Positions 22,430 to 35,609 of a stretch of 64,000 bases of DNA are shown in pieces. The position numbers and the translations under genes are program-made. The stretch is from Lingula anatina (lineage: Eukaryota; Animalia; Brachiopoda): the NCBI GenBank assembly GCA_051362555.1, contig CM120641.1:1054001-1118000 (forward strand), written 5' to 3'. Under the pieces are notes generated by a model. It had not been told where the DNA came from and searched no databases. It worked only from the letters and a program-made list of their open reading frames with translations. Within the stretch, counting starts at the first letter, position 1, and each line of letters starts with the position of its first letter.

Positions 22430-24846
22430 CTTTAGGACATTTAAGATATCAGACACACTTGGATAGATGAGATTACGAAGAGTTTATGAACAAAATTTTC
22501 TGTTTGACCATTGGCTATGTATGTAGATGGAAGGAGAAGGATTTTGACTGTTGTTGACCAAATAAAATCTTTATTAAATATATATTATAAGTTAATGAAC
22601 AAGGAACTAGAATTTGCTGCATTACATTTAAAATTTGAAGTTGATTGCTTTACTTAAACAAAACATACAACGGAAATGGGCTATTTTCTTATCTCATGGT
22701 TTGATGAATTTCAGGCTCATTTCTGTACTTACTGTCTGTCCATATCTGTAAAAAAAAAAGGGGGGGGGGGAGGGCAATTAATTAATTTTGTATGTAATTT
22801 AATATAATTATAGAAAGACTTACACCCTGAATAGAATCAAAGGGAGTCTATCATGGGTAAAATGTTTTTTTATGAACTTTAATACTTCTGTAAAGAAGTT
22901 TACACCAAGATACTAATAATACACAATAATGGGGTCTAAGAAGTCACAATGTAGAACATAAACGACTAATTTATACTGTAGACTGTCAACTTGTTTACAG
23001 TGAAAATTTTTGAATAGCATAAAGGTCGAGTAAACTCACATGTATGATGCTAATATTTCTTGCACACAAAGCTTGTTTTTGCATCTTGGTGAACAGATGC
23101 TTTGCAACTTGTTTTTCTTAGCCATCTTTCAGATTTACATCCTCATGTACATGTATAGTGGAAAAGTAACTACTGAGGTGAAATAAGTGATAAATACATC
23201 TAGGTTTCAATCTTGAGCAAATGGTGCAATAATACTGAACTCATATTGCTGTCATGGTATACTCGTATCTAGTAACAAATAACTTAATGATTCTTTTACC
23301 TCTTTATTGGAGAAAATTACTTCTGTTATTCTCATATTACTGTATTTCTTACATGGTACTTGTATGTGATAAGGGAAACCTGAGAATGAAAGACTGTAAA
23401 ACAGTTAATTTCTGAAGGCCAAAGATCTGTTATATTAATTTATATAGCATGTGTACAGATCAGAAGGTAAAAATAAACACACAAGTAATCACATTCCAAT
23501 TCCATAAATATTTTCCAAGATTGAATTTGGCAGTTCTCCAAGAGACATTTCGTTTCTCATCTTACTTTGCATCCATAATGTTCGTACATGTAATTATATA
23601 AATTAAGGTCATACATTGGATCACAAGATTCTGTTACAGTCTGTGTTAATAACTTATATGCTACTAGCCATTTGACTAATCAGACTATAAAAGTGGGCTA
23701 GTATTGTATAAAGTAACAACTTTTTCTAGACTGATGCCTTTTTTAGGTGTAAGGTCGGCAGTAACCTTAATTAAGCTAGTGCCTAGTGGGACAAACTGCT
23801 GCCTGACGAGATTTATTTTGATGAAGAGAACTTAAAAGAGGATAATAAGATTCTCGAGGTACTGGTTGATCTCTTTAATTACAGATATTGAGATTTTTCC
23901 ATTCGAACATATTTTTATTAGGATAGCTAATAAAATGCAATTTATTCATAACCAAGGTATAATTACAGATCTCCAACATACTCCATTCAAAGTTCAAAGT
24001 CATGTTGACTGGAAAAGTAATAGTAGGCTCGTTTGTATTTTAGAATGTGACCATTTAAGGAAGGTTTGTTTTACTATATGCACACATGGGTATTTGAAAC
24101 TGCCAGTACAGTAGAAAATGGGATATGTAAATTTTGGATTTTTTCTTTTTGGCATTGAAATGAGCATGCTCAACTTGCTGCCATTATTGATTAGTCATGT
24201 GACCTAGGTTGTGTCGTGATCGATCACGTTTTTCAATAAATTGATAAAAGGCAGGTGAAATTATTGTCTTGATAATCGTATTTCCTCTGACAATCGATAT
24301 AATGTTCGAGTGTTAACGCTACAAATTCTATCAGGTTACACAGTAGTCTTGTCTACAAGTACATCGTGTACCTCGTGAGTCTACACCCCCACTCCCTCCG
24401 TACAGTGGATAGTGAATATTGTGGGCAGGAGCACATGAAAGTACACGAAGTTGCGCTAAATTCTTGAGTCGAATTCTGCAGTGTACATAACATATTCTAA
24501 AGCCACTGTTGAGAGGAAAGACAAGCGTGGAGGGATTTTATGTTCTGGGGCAAGATGTACGGACAGGACATTGTGGCTGTGGAAGAAGATGGGTGGTTGC
24601 TATATAACTGGTCTGATGCTACTCTCTGATGCCAGGGCCTCTAAAATACATGTGTAGTATACAAAATACAATTAGTTTGTAACAGACTGCTAGTTAGCGG
24701 ACCCTGCGCCGGAGTGGGGTCTGATGCATTGGTCATCCCTAAAAGAAGGGCGTGAACGGGACTGTGTTGTAGATAAATGCAAGTCTTCCCAGCTCGCTGT
24801 TTACTTGTATAATTAACCAAGTTTCGCCTAGGATAGACCCCCACCC

Positions 24847-26067
24847 ATGGCTCGAGGACCAGAACTTTGTGGAGTGTCACTGATGCGGCTGACGTGTGTG
24901 GCTGGGATACTAGCATTGTTGTTTTGGAGTGAGAGGATTGTGGTTTTCATGAGTGTCGAACAAGACAACATACACCAAGAACATGCGACGGAGGGTGCCA
25001 AGACGATTTTGCCCAAATATGGTTTGACTGTAGACAGCGAGAAGAACGATCTGCCCACAGAGGCAGCAGGAACGAAGGTGAGAGCAAAAAAACTGGGCAA
25101 AATACCCGTAGTTAGGGCCACGATTAACTCTGATGATGCGAATTCAGAAAAATCTGTGCCCCAAAAAACCCCAAAAGATGGGTATGATAATTTGTCACGT
25201 GCGGCATATTATCAGCGTCGGAAGGAGAAAGTTAATCCGCACGATTTTCACTACATCATCAAAGAAGAAAAGTTTTGTGAAAAGCTGTCAGAGCCACCGT
25301 ACCTGTTGGTGTTGATATGTTCTTATCACGACAGGGAGTATTCGAGATTAGCAGTAAGAGAGACGTGGGGAAGCGTGTCCCAGACTCAATCATGGGTGGA
25401 CGGAAGACCTCTAAAGCAAGCAGTCAAAATACTGTTCTTCGTCGGTACCCATATAGTCTCATCGTGGAACAAAAAAATCGCACACGAAAGTCAAATTCAT
25501 AGCGACATCATTTTAGAGGATTACACAGAAAGTCCTTTCAATGCGTCTATAAAAACAATCGGCGCATTTAAGTGGGCAGCAGCTTTCTGTCCTCAAGCAA
25601 AATACGTACTTAAAGTGGAAGAAGACGTGTTTATTGATATCCCCAAAGTACTTGATATTCTCAGTCACTCTAACACCATGTACGGAGCGCGCCACGCCAA
25701 GTTTTCTGTCCAACGCAACGGGCAGTGGGCGGTGCCTTACAGCGTCTTCCCTTTTGAGACCTTTCCCCCTTTTCTTGGCGGGCCAGCCTACGCCATGTCG
25801 CTCGATCTGGCAAAACGGATCTACGAGGCGTCGGAATATTTCCCGATGATTGTTTTAGAAGATGCTTACGTTACTGGCGTTCTCAGAGAGGTAGTTGGAG
25901 CGGAAATTAAACAGTTTGAGGAATTTGGAAATTGGGGCTCAAGGCAACCTTCATCATGCGATGTTGCCCACGGTAAAGTTATTGCTGGGAATAGACTCGA
26001 AGCAGACGACATGTTATTTTTGTGGGAAGATCTCAAGGATTCTCATTTGAGGGAGAAGTGCGGCTAA
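24847..26067 (+). CDS. GT31 beta-1,3-galactosyl/GlcNAc-transferase family protein (type II membrane, single coding exon)
   Basis: N-terminal TM segment, VNPHDFHYII..C, RLAVRETWG, LFFVG, ESQIHSDII, W...FCP.AKYVLKVEEDVFI, FPPFLGGPAY, LEDAYVTG. Confidence 0.92.
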   Translation: MARGPELCGVSLMRLTCVAGILALLFWSERIVVFMSVEQDNIHQEHATEGAKTILPKYGLTVDSEKNDLPTEAAGTKVRAKKLGKIPVVRATINSDDANSEKSVPQKTPKDGYDNLSRAAYYQRRKEKVNPHDFHYIIKEEKFCEKLSEPPYLLVLICSYHDREYSRLAVRETWGSVSQTQSWVDGRPLKQAVKILFFVGTHIVSSWNKKIAHESQIHSDIILEDYTESPFNASIKTIGAFKWAAAFCPQAKYVLKVEEDVFIDIPKVLDILSHSNTMYGARHAKFSVQRNGQWAVPYSVFPFETFPPFLGGPAYAMSLDLAKRIYEASEYFPMIVLEDAYVTGVLREVVGAEIKQFEEFGNWGSRQPSSCDVAHGKVIAGNRLEADDMLFLWEDLKDSHLREKCG

Positions 26068-27264
26068 GGTTTATTTTTGAAAATGTTTTATGTTTGGGAT
26101 AGAAAATAAAATGCAATGGAATAATTACTAGGCCCTAGGTCTTTCATCTTGGACATTTTTCATGCATTGCATATTCAACTGTTTACCATTGGTATATTTT
26201 TAATGACAAACCTTATCAAGTTAGAAACTTTTTTCAAGAATTTGTTAAGAGACTTTCAGAGGAAGTAATCCTTAACATGAATATGAAACTGTTCAGCGCT
26301 GATGAGAAATTTTGATATGTCTGTCTCAACTAACACAATGGCATTTTCTCCACTCTCACCGACCAAATGCTGCACTCGACGCGATGGATGAACGCAGCGT
26401 GGCTCACAACATGTCTTTGATTAAACTGACAGATTGTTTTTGGTAGATCTAGATTAGGAAATTAAGTGCGGTCAATTCGCATAAAGGAAGCCTAATTTAT
26501 TTTGTAAGTCTCGGGTCCAAGGGTCCATATCATGGTCCGAGGTCCCATATTGTACCAAGACGTCTGTCACGTACATCTTGCTTCGTGACCATTCCAAACA
26601 ATCGGAAACTACATTAAACTTCTAATTGTAGTAGATAAAACCATTGCTTCCTGTTCAAAAATGCTTGCTTTCTCAATATTTTATTTTGCCTCGGCATTTT
26701 CTTGGAAGTGGCCCCAATCTTTTACCGTAAATTGCTCTAACCAAACACGTTTTCATCATCAAGGCATCTGTAGAAGATTCAGGGCTCAATATATCTCTTT
26801 CTGATGTCGAGATAAATTGCATCAGGGTTCGAACCAGGCAGGAGCCAATGGACGTGCCAATGGGTTAGCTGCTATGGAATTAAATTGATTGCCAAATTAC
26901 TACTGCTCGTCAGATCCATCCGGTCGCGACCCCGGGCTACTGCGGGGATGAAGATAAGAAAAACACCAAAATGGAATGGTAGATGTGAAAACGTGATCTT
27001 TGTATGTACTTCTCCTCCTGTGTGTGTGGAAGGAAATCAAAATGGAATGTAAGCAACGGGAATGATGAAATATATGAAATAGTTTACTGAGCCCACGGCA
27101 ATATTCCATAGTGCTTGGTTTCCGTTTATTTCTCAGTTTTAATAAAATGACGTCAAAGAGACTGCCAGTGGCTGACACACAGCAATGTCACTCTCTTTAG
27201 CGAAAACCATTAATGCCACACACAACTCTAAGTATGCGCTCTGCGTGCCTCGCATAAACCAGCA

Positions 27265-30200
27265 ATGAATCTGAAAAACGAAAGCGGCGTTCCCGGGAGT
27301 GGGGTGAATCCTTCGCGAACGCAGGACCTTGAGCGTTGGAGTAACATGGGCCAGTCCCCGCTGCTGACGAGAAGACTGGAGTACGACGAGCCCACGTCGG
27401 ATGTTTGGTCTACCAAGCAGATTGCCGGGGTGGCAATAGGCATGTTACTGGCCACGGGAATCGCCACTGTGTGCGTGGTGTCAGCTGTATACGCCTTACT
27501 GTACGTATGAACTGAACTGTGGTTGGTACCCGTGTATAAGTAGTCAATGAGCTGTCATTTCGGTCATTTACAAAACTTAAATTGATAGAAAGAGCCTGTG
27601 TAATAAATTGCATGTTATGTGAGCAATCTGTTATTTTCGGGTATTTTATCGTAGTTATTTTGTTGGTGCATGGTGTTGAAGGGATAGGGAGCGGTGGGCC
27701 AAAATTTGGACAGCGATCAATATGGGTTTTTTAACCCCTTATACTGGTTCGTATATTTTATTTTCTTCATTCGCTCTCTCGCGAGTTTTGGTCCAGTGCA
27801 GTAAATATATATATAATGATAATTTCTGCAAAATGTTACTGATTTATCGTTATTGAATATCATGGAAATCATCCTCTATAGAGAAGCACTGTTTAGCCTA
27901 GTGTTAACTTAGGTTATTTTATTTATTCACTAGGGCACGGGTTTTGGTCCAGTATAGTAATATACCGGCCCTGTATATAAAAAATATGTAACTGATTTAT
28001 GATACTTTGTCATTGAGCATCATGGAAATAATTTTCTATAGAGAAGCTCTGATTAGCTTAGTATTTCCTTTTTCTACAAATCTTTAGTGTTTTTTATAGT
28101 AAATTTAATAGATATTTTAGACCAGTAAATCTGTATGGCAATGACATACGGTTGCAGATCGTTTTCATTGCTCTATAAAACGTATTGTGCGACGAATGGT
28201 ACTACTTTCCTGCGCCAGCTGACCGATAGTGACCAGGTCAAGACTGACTAAAGGGTGACTGCTTCCTACATTAATTGCATTGTACATTAGTACCGTATCT
28301 AATAAATATCATGATATTAAGGAAAGATAAATGCAATAAATCTCAGAAAACCCGTTCGTGCACTTATCTTTGGCGGACGTCCAAACGTGTGCCGTCAGTC
28401 ACACAACTTCCATAATTACAAGAGAAGCTTTTGCCATCCATATTCAGTCTTATTATCTTTTGAACCTAGTGATACTCTATACAGTGACATTGGCTGACAA
28501 GTAAATGTGTGATAACGAATGTAAAATAAAGGTCGAACCGTTCTCTTTTAATATGAAAAGGCAAACAAATGTTTGGCATTTTGCCAGTATGATTGAAGCC
28601 TTGCTTGAACCCCCCCCCCCCGCCCAACCCACATTCTGCTAGTCCGCAGTTGAGGCCACAGTCATTCTTCTAGCTAATCTTTTGAAGGTGAGATCATGGG
28701 ATCATTTTGATTTTAGATACATCACTAGACGAACGTATATATAGTCTCTGTATGGGGGCTGCGAGCGTGTCCAATCTGTGCTACTGAGGTATTACAACAT
28801 AATGTATGATCGTCACTAGTGCCAGTAGTTTTGCACAGTACTTATATTACAGTGTTCCAGTAAAATATTCTGCTTGTATATCTTGACGGACATAAAATAA
28901 ATATTGCCCTTTGTTGAATAAAACGAAAAAAAATAGAAAGAATTTTTTTTTTAAATACAAAAAAAAATAATAATAAAAAAATAATAATAATAACAACAAC
29001 AAAAGAAAATAGCGGTTAAAAGCAAAATTGATAACTAATTCTTAGCTAAAATTCGCCGTACCAACAGATATTTTTTCTGAAGATTTGAGGTTATATAGTG
29101 TAATAGTGTTATATTATAAATCATTTATGTAATGAACTGTTGGGAATGTTCCAAATAACAGGGCACATTTAAAAACGGGTATTGCGTTACTGAAAATTTA
29201 TACTTTTTGTAGAGAGCATTTAATGGGTTTTATACTTCTGAAGAGTAAAAACATCATATTGAAGGTACATATGTCATAGGTTTCATGGTACCTTTGCCGA
29301 GTCTAAAGCCTGATGGAGTTATACGGATTGAACTCATTCCAAAGAGTTCTGTCAATAGACCCATGATTTATCTAGAAGAAAAAATGGCAAGAATGCGTTA
29401 TCTCGTCCATTTCCTACTGTGAACGGAAACCGTTTGCAGCTAGAAGCTAATGTCTGTTTGAAGAATAGGAAAACATACCATCTCTAAATTAGCTTTTCTC
29501 AGTTACGATTGTCCTCTAGTTCTTGAAGGTAAAAGCAGAAACTGACAATATTTCAAATGATCGTGTATGTTTTTTGTCTTCCTCGAGAGGACTGAAATCT
29601 TCTAATGAAATCTTACTATTGGAAGCATCCAAAGTATGGCATAAACGAGCGTTCCACACAAATAACCGTTTTGATTTATCGCCAGTCCGTATGCAGACGA
29701 CACATTTATGACCACAAGGAGTCAGATATCGAATCCCCTGACATATCATGGTGTCATTTGGTGAAATAATAGGCTATTAAAGCCCTTGCTGCCTTTTAGA
29801 TCCATGAATTTAATACATGCAGCACTGCATGGTTGGGTTCCTAGTGGCATCAGAATTCCCACGGCAGCGCGGGCTATGTGCTATCATTGTATTACTGTCC
29901 AATTTTTATGAAGTCCTTTAGGAGTTTTTGTTGGGAATGAAAACTATAAACGGATGAGATAAAATCCGTATTCAATTTACTGCCCTCGTGAAAAAAGGGG
30001 TCTTGTTCTAAGAAGTCGTCAATTCAACAATGTAGGGCGTCTTTATCTACCGTCCCCAGCCCTCTGTCTCTTACTCCTTTATTTGTATCAGTCTGTTCTG
30101 CTGAACCATTTGAAACGGTTGACACGGCTGTAGCATTAAAATATCACACCTGCTTTATCAAATATAAGCTATTTTTAATTCTTTTTTGTTTTCGCACCGC

Positions 30201-33200
30201 CGAACCTACCAAAATCGAACCTAGCCGTTTACGCATATTGTGTTTCTTCCCTTTCTATGAGGCTAGTGTTTTCACATATATATCTAAACGTATTGTTGGG
30301 TGCAAATCCAATTTGATCAATAGATCCAATTTTGAGTACAGATGAATCTAATTGAACGGGATAGTCACAGGAAGACGATGTTTTCAAACTAAAGAGAAGG
30401 TATATTGTTGGGAAGGACTGATCAAAACAAATACTTTGAAAAATTAATAAGTCCTGACATTTTCGATACTTTAACAGGAAAAATTGGAATCTATTCCTAA
30501 CTCTACCATCTTTTATTCATAGAAAAAACGATATAATGAAATCATGTATCGATAAATCCTGCGTGAAAACAATTTTGATCTTTGAATATAAAACCGCACT
30601 ATTGATCTTAAGCTATTGCTTACGTGAAATATATACTAGTGGGAAGACGACAAAGCATCAAAAATAAAAAAAATACTTAATTACTTTGACAGATCGGCTG
30701 TCTTGTAGCTATCACAATAACTTGGATATCGGCCTACGCAGTAAATTACATTTTACAAAAAAGGACCCCAGTATGAACAATCTGAGCAACGTAATTGGAG
30801 GGCCATATCAGAATAATAAGCGGAAATCAGACACTAGTTGAGAGAAAGATTGACTTAGGTCTAGACGAAACTCCGGCATATCAGCAAGTAATTAGGTGGT
30901 CTTAATTAAAGCAGTGTGTCTTGTTTAACCTCGCGCCCGTGGGCACGATCCCTATCCTATTAATCAAACTCTTACTTTTCTTTATAATTAACATATTCGA
31001 ATCATTGATAGACTCATTTATTTAACTGCTCACGGAAACTGGATCGGCGAAATCTTTCTGTCAGCCTGTACGCCTCATGACACACTTCAAGTGATGCTGT
31101 ATCCTAAACGAGTCCCGTACCAAATAAATTACAGATCTTTTATTCGATAATATTCAATCTATTTGCATAGACTTGGAAGACCACATTGGCGATTATAAAA
31201 TATCCCGTTTTTTATTTTCTATCCTGCTTCATGGCATTTTTCTGTGAATTTTTCTCACTCATGAGTCGAGTATTGAAAACAGTTCATCATACAAGTAGGT
31301 CCCACTCCGCATCACAGCTGTAACTGTTCTATCAAATTTGATCATGTCCTATTAACGTATAATGATGTTCAATACAAAGACAGGATGTTCTAACTAATTG
31401 CTTCCTGAGGGAGCTTATTAAAGAAAATGAAGGCAATTTCGAAAATCGGAGAAGAAATAACCGGTATTGAAATTATTGATATTGTTTGGTGAGTGGGCAA
31501 AACTTCCCTACCTTGATTTATAATCAACAGTGACTTACATAGACAGACAGGGAGTGTTTGGAAAGGTAGATAATAAAGGAAGTATTTTAATTTATTTATG
31601 GGCCTTTCCCCGTTTTATTAAAGGTATACTGTGGGCGTTTGAAAAATCCCCCAAGTCATATTTTCTTTCTACATACCTTGCAAAGCTGCTAATCTTTCCA
31701 ATTTCAGACCTTTAAAACTCTGTATATATAAACAAAAAACTTAAGTGGCGTCCATAGTACCTTCCGAAATGTACAGGAAAACGCGGCGTTCCTAATGACT
31801 GGCCATTAAATTCAAAACCATTAAATCAAATATGGAATAAAACAAGCACAGGGTCGGATCGAAGAATGATTAATAAGTTGGAAAAAAGGCCTTTTTGCCC
31901 AGAAAATTCTTTTTGTATGGCAAATCCTGCACATCGTACCTTATATATACCACTCCAATTTCTCCCTGTGCTTGTGAAGAAAAGAATAGATACGCTTTCC
32001 TACCCCCACAGATTGACTGAAGTAACTGACAGGTTTATTACTGACATAAGCTCTTCCTATAAACGTACTGTACTCAGAAGAGACCGTTTTTTAGTACCGA
32101 TTGAATAACAACATGCCTTAATGACACCATTATATCTCAATGTATTATGACGTGGGCACCAGCAGATGAATTCACAAAAGGTTTTTCTTATAGAATAGTT
32201 TGTAACCTCTATAGCTAGAGGTTTGGTTCACAGATTACTGGTATTTCTCTCTATTATCAGTCCCCCTTTGTCATTTCGATTGAACGGTGCAAATAGCGTG
32301 AGCCGGTCAGATAAACATCAGTTACCGTTAGAGACAGGAAATACATATTGAGATCACGTGCACTGATGGCAGAAAAAAATCTGATTTCAAAATTTGATTT
32401 CAACGCTGGCCCAGTGTGACTTCGTGACGGGAGTGCATGTGGTAAATGCTGGTTAACTGACGTACATGTACGACATTGCGTAAACACTAATGATGTAATT
32501 TACGGTCATAATAGTATGCCGATAGCAGTCTCAAATTATACAAATGTCTGAAACACGTGCGGTTTGTGGACTAAATATTTCATGCCATGCTTTATATAGC
32601 ATAAATTGACACTTATTATATCCAAGAGAACATATAAAATTGCACCATTTTATAGAATATGTATCTTTTACTGATGTTCAAAAGTTCAGCAACATTTTTT
32701 TCTATTTTTCTCAACCATCAAGACTTTTGATTAGAGCAACATAGTACCTTATCCAGACTGGTAACAAAATGGCGCCGGCGTGCAAACATTGGCCGAACGT
32801 AGGGTTTCCATCTTAGTGCTCATTTTGGCCAACGTTGGACCAAGAGTAAAACTACCTGAATGCATCAATGTGGATGCACGCTGCACGTGGCAAGTCACTC
32901 ACTATTTAAAGTACACGTGGATCACCCAATGGTCGACTAATCGATCAATGTTCAAATGGGCTTATTTGCACTCGAAAAGACGCTGGGTCATTTGCCTACG
33001 TTAATGTCTGTTATGTTTATGCCAAGATTAAAATATCAAAGTGAGAAATATCCCTGTGATATTTTAATATATTAAAAGACTCGCTTTTATATGTAATTAA
33101 ACAGCTACTTCCTTCTTTTGTGGTCGGTTGCTATTTGATGAAGGTTACACATGCAGTCGGATAAACGCGGAAACCTTATATTTTCTGCGCACCGAAGACA

Positions 33201-35609
33201 CAATCTTTGGTAAAGCATACAATCGCCAAGGAACGACCTTAAAACGATTAAGACATCCCCTTACTTCCTGCCATGAAGAAAATCTATCTAATATGTGGAT
33301 AAGAGTCTGGTAAAGCTCAGTTGTGGAGAACCGCCATCCTTCGGGAGTCACGTCGTAATTACCACATTTCACTGTTGGTCTTCAGCATCTTTAAATTACT
33401 CAATCGATCAATTTATCTTAAGAGTAACCTAGGAAAACCGTGACGGGTAAAATTACTGGGTAAAACAGTTGATTATATAGAAATCCGTGCTTTATCATCC
33501 AGGGGGTTCACTTTATAATAACATTGGAGTTAATTATTTATTGCGATATACGAAAAAAATGCATAATTACCGTGGCATTTAGCTACTTCATTTAGACAGT
33601 ACTTTCTAAGGGCAACAAGATTATTTTTAAATCTAAAATCACGCTAGCAAGCGTGTCATTTATGCTTGAAAAACTGGTACAGTGACGTCGTCTGGTAAAT
33701 TGGTTGATGTAACAATCACAAAAGTTGATATTAGGTGCAAACCTTGTAAACTATCTGAATGCTGTATGGCGTAACAAATATTACGAAGGAACGTCACAAA
33801 GATAAAGCCAGATATTTAGATATATGCTGCCTTATATTTTAACATATTCCCCTTCCCACATCACATATTTGTTAAATCCAGTTTACCTGTCAGATACCTA
33901 ACCGGTAGAACTCAACATATATAAAGTAATATGGAATATTAAATTGACCTGAAATTACGCAAAAGATCTGAGGGAAAAAACAGGTGGTCAGAACGGATAA
34001 AAAACGAGCTTAAATACCCCTGTATTTAAACCCCAACTCGGCGTCTACTATAACAGAAGGAAACTAATGACCCCCCCCCCCCCCGGACAAAAGATGTGTC
34101 TAAACATTTTTTATTGTCCAAGTCATTTCGTACTATAAAATAAAGAAGCACAGATAAAGTTTGTGTTTGAGTGAGATATTTTACTTTTAAGATTTTGCTG
34201 ATAAGATATCAGTGTTGTCCATTGGTGAAATGAAACAGTTTCAGGATACCTTATATATTCCACACGGAATTGCAATTATTCGATCAACTAAGAAGCCAAT
34301 GCTTGCCCGTCTATCAAGTGCTTTTCTCAAATTGTTATTTAAAATAAGAAGGTCAAAATTGTGAAATAATCATTAGTGACCCCCTATAAGATAGCATGCT
34401 GTATTCAATGTGCGAGTCGGATTATTAACAGTCTCCTTTTTTTTCTTAATGTTATGCAGCATTTTGTCAAGCAAAGCAATCTTTTACTGTGTTTAATACT
34501 TGCCCTGTCGTGCAAGTATATCAGAGCTACGCCATCCTTTGAGTATTGCTATTCTGATTACTGTATACTGAAGGACTTCCCTCAATTGATTCTATACATT
34601 GGCACATATTCTGGAAAACTTCTCCTTCCTTTTTAAATGGAGAGTATTACTGACAGTGTTAACCGTGCTGAATAGGTAACATTGAGCTAGTGGAAAGACT
34701 ACACCGCAAGCGTTCACTCATAGTAGAGAGTGTAAAGACTTGCCCACTTACTCGCATCTTCACGTGTTAACTTTCTTTGAGTTATATTTTGAAATATGCT
34801 AAATGTTGTCTTTTCTAGAGCCAATCGCATTTACTTTTTTTTTAAAGGGTGGATTACAATAGGGAAATACCATATTTGAAGAAAAAAGAAGCAATAAATA
34901 GAAATGATATGAGTATAACTCTTAAGGCCAAAACTTGTTTCTTTATCAGTAACACACGAAAGAATCCTAACAATGCCTTCATTTCTCTTTACATTTCAGT
35001 GGGACAAAACACAAAAAGGTTCAAACCAAGAAGCCAAAAAAGTATTCCTGCGCGGGAGAACAGTACAGGACCAACTACTACAGGTACTCCACCATTCACG
35101 GAGCCGGGCAGACGCTAGCCGTGGTACAAGAGGTTGTGGCGTCCGAAGATCAAGACATGCCAAACGTGGACATCATGGAGATGAAACCGCTGCAAAACTA
35201 CCAAACCAAGTCAACAACTGTCATGGCGGACTGCAGCGTTCATGTGTATGAAAAACCCAAAGGAATTCTGCTCAAGAGTAACGAGGCAACCCCAAGAAAT
35301 AGAAACCCTGCAGGGATTTCTGCGGAATCAAAAATGGCTGCTGAGGAGGTTTACATTGTGTCCTTGGACACACTGGAAAAATGGGACGACGATGTCGTCT
35401 GCGACTATCACCAAAAAAACAGCAAAACTGAAGGACCATGTGGAGAAGCAACGAATTCTCAAGTGGAAGAAAAATTACCACTATCAGAAAATGAAAGTCT
35501 CAGGTGTAGTATAGACGATATAACATGCCGTGACAATATCGAATTTGAGAAAAATTACCACGAGGAGTTTTCAAACTCAAAGGTGCCCCACCGCGTTCGC
35601 TTTGAGTAG
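27265..35609 (+). CDS. Two-exon single-pass membrane protein of unknown family
   Basis: Exon 1, 27265 (or ATG 27346)-27500, encodes the TM IAGVAIGMLLATGIATVCVVSAVYAL and ends CT|GTACGT. Exon 2, 35000-35609, follows TTTCTCTTTACATTTCAG. Phases match and give L-GTKHKKVQTKKPKK (basic stop-transfer), in frame with ORF 35121-35609. Confidence 0.7.

Noticed and set aside
29150-29880. Possible decayed coding or TE fragment (ORFs 29516-29749, 29523-29711)
   Set aside because: No recognisable motif in the frames examined.
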